64,000 bases of DNA, from NCBI GenBank assembly GCA_002269645.1, contig NIVC01000067.1, positions 1 to 64,000 of the forward strand, written 5' to 3'. Shown in pieces: positions 28,201 to 37,596 of the stretch. The notes under the pieces were generated by a model, which saw only the letters and a program-made list of their open reading frames with translations, ran no database searches and was not told the DNA's origin. Numbering within the stretch: the stretch's first letter is position 1; each line of letters starts with the position of its first letter. This DNA comes from Macrostomum lignano. Lineage: Eukaryota. The translations under genes and the position numbers were made by a program.

Positions 28201-31200
28201 AACTGGGTCAGCGGGATCAGAAACTGGGATTAGCAACCCAGATCTCTCACCGCTGCCTGAGCAGTTCCTGCGTTGCGTCGGCGCTCAGATTGTCAATCTC
28301 TGTCGCGGTTGCGGCCTCCGCGCCACCTTCAGCGTAGCCCCACAGTCGGTGGCGCACCAGTAGGTGCATCCTCTCGGCCAAGGCCTCGGCCAGGCGGTCG
28401 GCCAGGGCCTTGGCCATGATGCTGTTGTAGTCATCGCTGGCAGCCTCGAATTCAGCGCACAGCTGGTCGCAGCCGAGGCCGGCGGTGACGGCGAAAACGC
28501 CGACGTAGTCGAGCGGCTCGGCACCGGACTCGGGCGGGCCTGGAGAATAGTTTACAGACTATATCCCTTGTGAGAAGATCTACCTGTGCCGTCTAGGCAA
28601 GTCAAATACGAGTACCATCTTCATCTTCTTTATCGACGAAGATCATAATAGACAGAATCTTTCAATCAGAAATATCCCCTTACAGATAGAAATCCCAACA
28701 ATCCGAAATATCCCCTTACAGATAGAAATCCCAACAATCAGAAATATCCCCTTACATATAGAAATCCCAACAATCCGAAATATCCCCTTGCAGATAGAAA
28801 TCCCCACAATTAGAAATATCCCCTTACAGATAGAAATCCCCACAATTAGAAATATCCCCTTGCAGATAGAAATCCCCACAATTAGAAATATCCCCTTGCA
28901 GATAGAAATCCCCACAATCAGAAATATCCCCTTGCAGATAGGAATCCGCACAATCAGAAATATCCCCTTGCAGATAGAAATCCCCACGATTAGAAATATA
29001 TATCCCCTGACAGATAGAAATCACCACAATCAGAAATATCCCCTTGCAGATCTAGAAATCCTAAAATAAGAATCGACCTCAAACAATTCGATACTTCCAT
29101 ATTTCCCAATAATCCTCCTAATCAGGATAATATCCTATCTAGGCAGAAATCCCCGAAAATAATTCCCCCACCCGGCACTAACCTGGCCGCACAAAGTCGC
29201 TGATAGAGGCGCAGGAGTCGTGCTGCTCTCGCACGGCCTGCTGTCGGAGGCCACGCAGGCAGGCCAGCCGGTCGCTTGAGTCGCCCTCCGGCTTAGTCAG
29301 CACAATGTCGTCGCCTTCGGCGTAGGCGGGATAGAAGGCTACGCTGGCGGCGGCTCGGAGCAGCTTCTCTTTGATAATTCTGGCTAGCAGGGCCTGGCAA
29401 TTAGGGGGTGGGGATTTAACATTTAGCCCGATGAAAACAGTACCTAGGCCAAAAAGCGCGACAGAGTTGTTGCAGGTAACACCTGGGTAAAATAGGAAAG
29501 AAGCGACTCTAGACGACTCTAAACGACTAGATGTCTATTGGACAACTTTTTCGAGACTATTTTAAGATTCTACAACTCACGTGATGCGCTCAGTCGTTTG
29601 AGTCGCTAAAGTCACAAGAGTTGCCTTGGAATTGCTAGAGGTCAACTAGTGAATTGTTTGTTTGCCATCACTCTTTAGCAGTTCTTGTCACAGTAACGTT
29701 TTTAATCAGGGGGTCGGCGAACTTATTTACCACAAGGGCCAGATAAAGAAACCAGCTCATGGCTGCGGGCCAGGTGAGAGAGGAAAAGAGAGGGAAAACG
29801 AGCTCGTAGAAAATAAGAGATTAGAGAACAGAGGAGAGAAGAGGGGAGACAGGAGAGGGGAGAATGAAGGGAAAGAGGGGAAAAAGGAGAGAAGATGGGA
29901 GACAGGAGAGGAGAGAGGAAAGAGAAGGGGGAGAGGGGAAAGAGGAGATAATAGAGGGGAGGAGAGAGGAGAGGGGAGAGGAGAGAGGAGACGAGAAGGG
30001 AGAGGGAAGAGAGGGATGGGAGAGGAGAGAGGAGAGAGGAGAGGGGAGAAGGGATAGAGGAGAAAAGAGAGGAGAGGGGAGAGTGGAGAAGGAAGAGGGG
30101 AGAGAGAGGAGAGAGGAGAAAGGACAGGAGAGAGGGGAGAGGAGAGAGGGGAGAGGAGAGAGGAGAGAGGAGAGGAGAGAGGAGAGGAGGGAGAGGAAAG
30201 AGGGGAGAGGAGAGAGGGGAGAGGAGAGGAGAGGGGAGAGGAGAGAGGGGAGAGGAGAGAGGGGAGAGGAGAGAAAAATCTGAAAAGAGACATACATAAA
30301 CATTGAGCGGGCCGTATTACTCTTGTGAAGACTCAAAGGACCGGCTTTGTGGGCCGCATGTGGCCCGCGGGCGTAAAACCTACATGTAGATGCCGAAAAC
30401 CCACATTGGACTTCATCTATGAACCAAAGCAAGGATTAGGACTTCATGGTTGATTAGTTCTCTCACCTGGGCATCGTCGAACACCTGCTTGGCCTGTGCG
30501 CCAACTCTTTCGTCGCGGAAGATGGCCGGATAGCCTCGATTAGGATAGCGGCCGCGAAGCTGCCAGACGTCGAAGAACGGCTTCCAGTCGATGTAGGGCA
30601 GCAGCTCATTGAGGTCCCAGTCGGACCAGTGGCGCACGCCAAGGAAGGTCGGGCGAACTGGTGAGTGGCTGCTCCAGTCAATGACCGGCTTGCGCTGTCT
30701 GGCGTCCTTCAGACTGTAGTAGCGACGCTCCTGTGGGTAAGCAGCAGGAGTAACTATGTCTGTCTTACAAAAGCCAAATGCCTCGTCATCTAAATAGACT
30801 TAGTTTCCTATATCGTACTGGGTAAACAGCAGGAGTAACTATGCCTGTCTGCTATAGTTAAAATGCCTCGTCACCTAGTTGTACTAGCACTAAACAGCAT
30901 GTAAAAAAGATCAGAATGTACTTTTATTCATACCTGCAGTCCGGCATAGTGCTCATCCCGAATAACAGCGTACTCTTCGGCCGTTTCCTCCGCAAAGTCC
31001 AAGCTCATCTGACTATCTAGCAGGGCTCCGACAACCACAACAGCTTTAGAAGCGTCGGCCACGTGCACAACTGGCGAGGTAGTGTAGCGGGGTGCAATTT
31101 TCACAGCCGTGTGCTGCCGGCTGGTGGTTGCACCGCCAATTAATAGAGGAATTGTCATGCCGCAGCGTTGCATCTCTCTGAAAATTGTGTACAAAATACA

Positions 31201-32011
31201 AAATTGTTTGTTCTTTTTTATTCCGACAGACCAAATCATAAATGCATCAGGTAAGCAACGGGAGCAACTTGATTGTTAACAGATCTTAAAGTGCCTCGTC
31301 AGCTTATTAGAATAATCAAATCACATACTTCGGGTAAGCAGCGTGAGTAACTATGACTGTAAACAGATACTAAAGTGCCTCGGCATCTTATTAGGACAGA
31401 TTGCAGCACGTTGTTGGGTAAGCAGCGAGAGCAACTTTGACTGCAAATGGACACTAAAGTGCCTCGTCATCTTATAATTCAATGCAATGCTTGCAAAAAC
31501 TCCATCTTACCTAGCAACGTGAATCATTTCATCTAGCGACGGAGTGATTAATCCGGACAGGCCAATAATGTCGGCCCGCTCGCTCATCGCCGCCTCTAGA
31601 ATCCGTTCGCACGGCGTCATAACGCCGAGATCGACCACTTTGTAATTATTGCAGCCAAGCACCACCGACACAATATTCTTGCCAATGTCGTGCACGTCGC
31701 CCTTCACTGTCGCCATAATCACGGTCCCGGCGTACTTTGGCTGGCCATCGTCTTCCACTCCGCTGCTGGCGCAGGCGGCGAGCCGCTCAGCCTCCATAAA
31801 TGGCACCAGATGGCCCACGGCCTTCTTCATCACCCTGGCCGATTTGATCACCTGCGGCAGGAACATCTTGCCAGAGCCGAACAGATCGCCTACTATGGAC
31901 ATGCCGCGCATCAGGGGGCCTTCGATTATGTGCAGCGGTCGCGAGTATCTGGGCGAGGCAAAAGGTAATTAGCTGGTTACAGCTGGGGTGATGGACTGTA
32001 TGGGTAGGCAC

Positions 32012-32050
<39 letters not shown>

Positions 32051-32053
32051 CTA

Positions 32054-32086
<33 letters not shown>

Positions 32087-32115
32087 CTAAGACAGACAGA
32101 CACTAAGACAGACAT

Positions 32116-32184
<69 letters not shown>

Positions 32185-32233
32185 GAGACAGATAGAAAGA
32201 CAGACAGACAGACACTAAGACAGACAGACACTA

Positions 32234-32294
<61 letters not shown>

Positions 32295-32357
32295 CTAAGA
32301 CAGACAGACAGACAGACAGACACTAAGACAGACAGACACTAAGACAGACAGACACTA

Positions 32358-32390
<33 letters not shown>

Positions 32391-32442
32391 GCCAGGCAGG
32401 CAGGCAGACAGACAGACAGATAGACAGACAGACAGGATACTA

Positions 32443-32519
<77 letters not shown>

Positions 32520-32590
32520 GGACACTAAGACAGACAGACAGACAGATAGACAGACAGGACACTAAGACAGACAGACAGATAGATAGATAG

Positions 32591-32624
<34 letters not shown>

Positions 32625-32712
32625 AGATAGACAGACAGATAGAAAGACAGACAGACAGACACTAAGACACACAGACAGACAGACAGACAGACACTAAGAC
32701 AGACAGACAGAC

Positions 32713-32747
<35 letters not shown>

Positions 32748-32854
32748 TAGACAGACAGACAGACAGATAGAAAGACAGACAGACAGACAGAGGCAGACAG
32801 ACAGACAGACAGACAGACAGATAGACAGACAGACACTAAGACAGACAGACAGAC

Positions 32855-32885
<31 letters not shown>

Positions 32886-35800
32886 TAGACAGACAGACAG
32901 ACAGATAGAAAGACAGACAGACAGACAGAGGCAGACAGACAGACAGAAAATACGGACACTGAAACAGTCCTACTCACTTCTCCGTGCAGAGCCTGGCCTC
33001 TTCAACGTCCTGCACCACGAACCGGTCGATACCGTGCACCAGCGCGTGCTCCAGCCGGGTCTCCACGTCGCCGGAGCGCCAGGCCTCGGCGGCGGGGTCC
33101 TCGTCCCGACGGCCGCCCGGACCAGCCTGGAGGCTCTGGGCGTACGTCAGCATCCGCTCGGTGGCTTCCGGTCGTCTATTGAGAATGAGATCCTCGCAGA
33201 GCTCCAGCAGGTCGGGCTGGATGTCGCTGTATAGCGGCAGACAGCCGGCATTGACGATGCCCATGTCCATGCCTGCGGCGATGGCGTGGTACAGGAACAC
33301 CGAGTGCATGGCCTCCCTCAGGCTGTCCTTGCCGCGGAAGCTGAAGCTGAGATTGGAGACCCCGCCGCTGACCCGGGCGCCCGGCAGGGTGGATTTGATA
33401 AACCGGCAGGCGCCGATGAAATCCATGGCGTAATTATTGTGCTCGTCCATGCCGGTGGCGATGGTCAGGATGTTCGGGTCGAAGATGATGTCGTTCGGAT
33501 TGAACTTGATCTGCAGCCGGTCATCAATTATTGTTTATGACAGCTATTAATAAGCTTACCGAATGCGATTAGTGCCACAAACAATAGACTACAAACTGCC
33601 CACCGATCCAAAACTACGTGATATCCGAATTCTGAAATCTTGAAATCTACCTAAAATACCATCCTAAACCTACCTAAACTAGCATCCTAAATCTACCTAA
33701 ACTAGCATCCTAAATCTACCTAAACTAGCATCCTAAATCTACCTAAACTAGCATCCTAAATCTATCTAAACTAGCATCCTAAATCTATCTAAACTAGCAT
33801 CCTAAATCTATCTAAACTAGCATCCTAAATCTACCTAAACTAGCATCCTAAATCTATCTAAACTAGCATCCTAAATCTATCTAAACTAGCATCCTAAATC
33901 TATCTAAACTAGCATCCTAAATCTACCTAAACTAGCATCCTAAATCTATCTAGACTAGTATCCTAAATCTACCTAAACTAGCATCCTAAATCTATCTAAA
34001 CTAGCATCCTAAATCTATATAGACTAGTATCCTAAATCTACCTAAACTAGCATCCTAAATCTATCTAAAATACCATAATAAATCTACCTAAGCTAGCATC
34101 CTTAATCTACGAGTACCTAAATTACGACCTTAAATCTACCTAAAAAGTCCTAAAACTACCTAATTTACGATCCTAAATCTACCTAAAAAACTACCTTAAT
34201 CTAATTAAAAATCTATCTAAAATACCATTCAAAAATACCTATAATACCACCTTAAGTCTATTCAAAATACCATCTTTAAATCCATCAAAACTATTCTAAA
34301 CATATCTAAAGTTACCATGAAGCAAGCTACCACCTGAAACCACCCTAAGCTACCATCTCAAGCATCAATATCGCTTGAAAGGATTCCAGATCTCATAGAC
34401 TTGTCCTTATACGCTAACTAGAGCCACAGAGTCACATCCACTATTTGAGCATCACCTTCTCTGTTAGCAACCGATACGAGCGCTGGCAGATCTCCACCTT
34501 CCTATCCAGATCAGCCGCCTGGCCCTGCTCGTCAAATGCCATGACAACAACGGCGGCGCCGTATCGTTTAACAAGCGACGCTTTGCGCAAGAAATCGTCT
34601 TCGCCTTCCTTCAGGCTGATGCTATTGACGATGCATTTGCCCTGGCAGCAGCGGAGGCCGGCTTCGATAATCTCGAAATTTGACGAATCAATGCACAGAG
34701 GCAGCACAGCGACGTCGGGCTCGGAGGAGATCAGGTTGAGAAAGCGGGTCATGCAGGCCGGCCCATCCAGCATGCCGTCGTCAACGTTCACGTCCAGCAC
34801 CTGTTTTGTATGGGGTTTGGGTGTGGTATGGGGGCGATTCTGGGTGTGGTATGGGGGCGATTCTGGGTGTGGTATGGGGGCGATTCTCGATGTGGTATGG
34901 GGGCGATTCTGGGTGTGGTATGGGGGCGATTCTGGGTGTGGTATGGGGGCGATTCTGGGTGTGGTATGGGGGCGATTCTGGGTGTGGTATGGGGGCGATT
35001 CTCGATGTGGTATGGGGGCGATTCTGGGTGTGGTATGGGGGCGATTCTGGGTGTGGTATGGGGGCGATTCTCGATGTGGTATGGGGGCGATTCTGGGTGT
35101 GGTATGGGGGCGATTCTCGATGTGGTATGGGGGCGATTCTCGATGTGGTATGGGGGCGATTCTGGGTGTGGTATGGGGGCGATTCTGGGTGTGGTATGGG
35201 GGCGATTCTGGGTGTGGTATGGGGGCGATTCTGGGTGTGGTATAGTGGGGATTCTGGGTGTTGTATAGTGGGGATTCTGGGTGTGGTATGGGGCGATTCT
35301 GGGTGTGGTATAGTGGGGATTCTGGGTGTAGTGGCGATTTTTAATGTCATAATAGGGATTTTACACTAACAGATTAGCCCTAGTAACACAATAAATGACG
35401 AAACAAAGGAAACTGAGCTGTCTCACCTGGGCTCCATTCTCCACCTGCTCCTTAGCCACACTAAGTGCCTCATCAAACGCGTTAGTCTTAATTAAGCGGC
35501 AAAACTTCCTACTGCCAGCCACGTTGCAGCGCTCGCCAATATTGAGAAAATTCGTCTCCTTAGTAACAATGCTGGCCTCCAGGCCTGACAACACCAGAGC
35601 ATTGGGGTGCGGATTTGGCCGAGTTCGCGGCATGTGCGGCCTCACAGCCTTGGCGATGGCGCTGATGTGAGCCGGTGTGGTGCCGCAGCAGCCGCCAACC
35701 AGATTGACCAGGCCGTCCTTGGCGAAGGTCTCCAAATTGGCGGCCATCATAGCCGGGGTCTCATCGTATTCGCCGAACGTGTTTGGCAGGCCGGCATTGG

Positions 35801-37596
35801 GGTAGCACAGCACGTAGGCCGGGGTGGCCAGGCCCAGCCTCTCGATGAAGGGCCGCATCTCGGAGGCGCCGAGGGCGCAGTTCAGGCCGAGGCAGAGCGG
35901 CCGGCCATGGGAGACGCTGGCTACGAAAGCCTCGGTGGTCTGGCCGGACAGTGTCCGACCGCTGCGGTCCACAATGGTGCCGGACACAAGCAGGGGGACA
36001 CGGTCGTAGGCGCCAGAGTCGAATAGCGACTCAATGGCAAAGATGGCCGCCTTGGCGTTGGCGGTGTCGAAGATTGTTTCTACTAGGAGCAGATCGGCTC
36101 CTCCGTCAAGCAGACCGCGAGTCTGTTTGGTGTTTTTTCATTTGTTTAAATTATTGCTAGAAAGACGCGAATTTTATGCTTGCCTAGCACAAGTTTTACA
36201 GGCTTCGAACCAAGGACTAGTTAAAGTAGTAGAGCGGGAAGCTACTAAGTTTCTTGGAGAATTCTAGGAGGGTTTTACCGAAACAATACACTACTGACAA
36301 TGGAGGCTTTCACTATCATACATGCGATTATGATCCCGCCGGCTGGCGAGGGTCCCAGCCAAAAAAAGTCGCAAAATGCCTACCCGAAAAAATACAGGCT
36401 TTAGTACTTAATAGACTACGAGGCATTTAGCCTTAATAATACAGTCATAGTTACTCTTTTCGTTTACCCATAGTACGTTAATTTTAGCTTTTAAAGGTAA
36501 TCCACACGGCCGGTGTGAATCAGGGGGTTGCGCATGTTCATTATCATAGGGTCCTAATTTACTGAACAAAAAGCTTTGCGAATCTCAATAGAGCTATAAA
36601 GATGAGCATTAGGTCTGTTTGCTATCAATGGCAACAGCAAATTTTGTGCTAAAAAATAAAAATCTCCATTCTTGGTAAAGTAAAGTAGTTTCGCAACCAT
36701 CTACTTTGACCTTGACCCCCCGAAATTACCTGGTCAGAGTAGGCCTCAACGAGCTGTTCAAATGTAATATTGCGGTAGTCTGGCCGCTCCACTGAGGGCG
36801 AGATGGACAGAGTGCGGTTGGTCGGGCCCAGGGCGCCAGCTACAAAGCGGGGCCGGGCCGGGAGACCGGCGGCTAAGTCGGCGGCTTCGATGTCGTCGCA
36901 GGCTCGCCTAGCGATGCGGGCGGCCTCGGCGTTGAGGCGGTAGGCCAGGTGAGAAAGGTCATAGTCCGCCTGGGCGATCGACGTAGCTGAGAATGTGTTG
37001 GTCTCGATAATATCGGATCCGGCGGCCAGGTATTGCTGCCAAGTGGGTGGAGCGATTCAGTTGTGACAGCTTAAAGGATGATGTTGATGTTCCATGGCTC
37101 AAGGGGGATGCTGAGGTGCCATGGCTCAAGGGGGATGCTGAGGGCCATAGCTCAAGGAGGATGCTGAGGGGCCATAGCTCAAGGGGGATGCTGAGGGGCC
37201 ACGGCTCAAGAGGGAAGGCTGAGGGGGCCACGGCTCAAGGGGGATGCTGAGGGGCCCCAGCTCAAGGGGGATGCTGAGGGGCCATGGCTTAGGGGGAAGC
37301 TAAGGTGCCATGGCTCAAAGGGAAGTTTCTAAGATAGTTAACATTACATTGAATGTATATACAATAAGTAAATAACATTGAAATTATACCTTGTGAATGT
37401 TATAAACTGCATCTGGCTTGACAAGAGTCAGCAAATCATTGTTGCCCTTTAGGGACTTTGAATGTTGGGCAAATTCTTCTCCACGAAAATCATTCTCTTC
37501 AAGATGTAGCTGCTGAACCATGGTGCCCATGGCACCATCCATGATAAGGATGCGCTCTTGCAAGGCATCTTCTAGCATTTTTGATACTTTGCCCAT
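25281..37596 (-). CDS. MTR: Cobalamin-dependent methionine synthase (about 1275 aa, 12 coding exons)
   Basis: Exons (-): 37596-37390, 37035-36730, 36122-35427, 34800-34456, 33510-32978, 31948-31511, 31177-30934, 30730-30467, 29393-29183, 28539-28251, 28044-27837, 25367-25281. All GT-AG and phase-consistent, 3828 nt. Motifs: [26 protein letters not shown] (Zn/Hcy), [10 protein letters not shown], pterin domain [14 protein letters not shown]12 motif [11 protein letters not shown] and GLSGLITPS, AdoMet domain [14 protein letters not shown]. Confidence 0.97.
25425..26525. repeat. 21-bp minisatellite (GAGATAGATTCCAGAAAGGGT)n in MTR intron 11
   Basis: Directly visible. Confidence 0.96.
26678..26760 (+). 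mobile_element. Possible 5' end of a non-autonomous Helitron
   Basis: A|TCTCTTTATCTAAAGGAATATTTG followed by a CAGT microsatellite, resembling Helitron-N 5' ends. No convincing 3' hairpin-CTAG end was found. Confidence 0.25.
27180..27800. repeat. 22-bp pyrimidine-rich minisatellite (CTCCTACCCTCACTCTACCTTT)n in MTR intron 11
   Basis: Directly visible. Confidence 0.96.
28062..28228. repeat. 21-22-bp minisatellite (GGGATCAGAAACTGGGTCAGGT)n in MTR intron 10
   Basis: About 8 units filling most of the intron. Confidence 0.95.
28655..29050. repeat. 36-bp minisatellite (AGAAATATCCCCTTACAGATAGAAATCCCCACAATT)n in MTR intron 9
   Basis: About 11 units. Confidence 0.95.
29707..30402 (+). mobile_element. 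hAT/Charlie (MER58-like) MITE with internal purine-rich expansion, in MTR intron 8
   Basis: Left end CAGGGGGTCGGCGAACTTATTTACCACAAGGGCCAGATA...GCGGGCCA resembles MER58-type ends; subterminal GGCCCGCGGG near 30362; right TIR degenerate. Shares ATAAACATTGAGCGGGCCG with the copy at 43703-44085. Confidence 0.7.
30735..30882 (+). repeat. Two tandem 28S rRNA-derived 63-bp units (helix 69 / R2 insertion-site region) in MTR intron 7
   Basis: Copy A 30735-30797 matches 53/63 and copy B 30820-30882 matches 45/63 to the conserved eukaryotic 28S segment GGGTAAACGGCGGGAGTAACTATGACTCTCTTAAGGTAGCCAAATGCCTCGTCATCTAATTAG (hand alignment to a remembered consensus). Confidence 0.85.
31249..31478 (+). repeat. 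Three tandem 28S rRNA-derived units (about 84-bp period) in MTR intron 6
   Basis: Copy C 31249-31310 (one deletion), copy D 31332-31394 (48/63), copy E 31416-31478 (42/63) against the same 28S segment. Confidence 0.8.
32010..32946. repeat. (GACA)n microsatellite in MTR intron 5
   Basis: Directly visible. Confidence 0.97.
33660..34260. repeat. 23-bp minisatellite (CCTAAATCTACCTAAACTAGCAT)n in MTR intron 4, decaying rightwards
   Basis: Directly visible. Confidence 0.93.
34810..35330. repeat. 23-bp minisatellite (GGGTGTGGTATGGGGGCGATTCT)n in MTR intron 3
   Basis: Directly visible. Confidence 0.96.
36407..36469 (-). repeat. Inverted 28S rRNA-derived unit (copy F) in MTR intron 2
   Basis: Reverse complement GGGTAAACGAAAAGAGTAACTATGACTGTATTATTAAGGCTAAATGCCTCGTAGTCTATTAAG matches 47/63 ungapped to the 28S segment. 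Confidence 0.8.
37085..37320. repeat. 27-bp minisatellite (CCATGGCTCAAGGGGGATGCTGAGGGG)n in MTR intron 1
   Basis: About 8-9 units. Confidence 0.93.

Noticed and set aside
30735-31478. 28S-antisense units as intronic box C/D or H/ACA snoRNAs
   Set aside because: Complementarity is long and mismatched rather than a 10-21 nt perfect guide. Only a C-box-like ATGACGA, itself rRNA-derived, is present, with no D box or ACA architecture.
36335-36362. HDV-like ribozyme (contains GGTCCCAGCC and GCCGGCTGG)
   Set aside because: The elements are in the wrong order for the nested double pseudoknot; a simple hairpin explains them.
30735-36469. Functional rRNA gene
   Set aside because: Only about 63-bp diverged fragments; the helix-69 stem is partly broken and there is no flanking rRNA sequence.
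25281-37596. MTR as a bacterial metH horizontal transfer or contamination
   Set aside because: It has 11 GT-AG introns within the CDS and animal-type length and organisation; animals normally have this enzyme.
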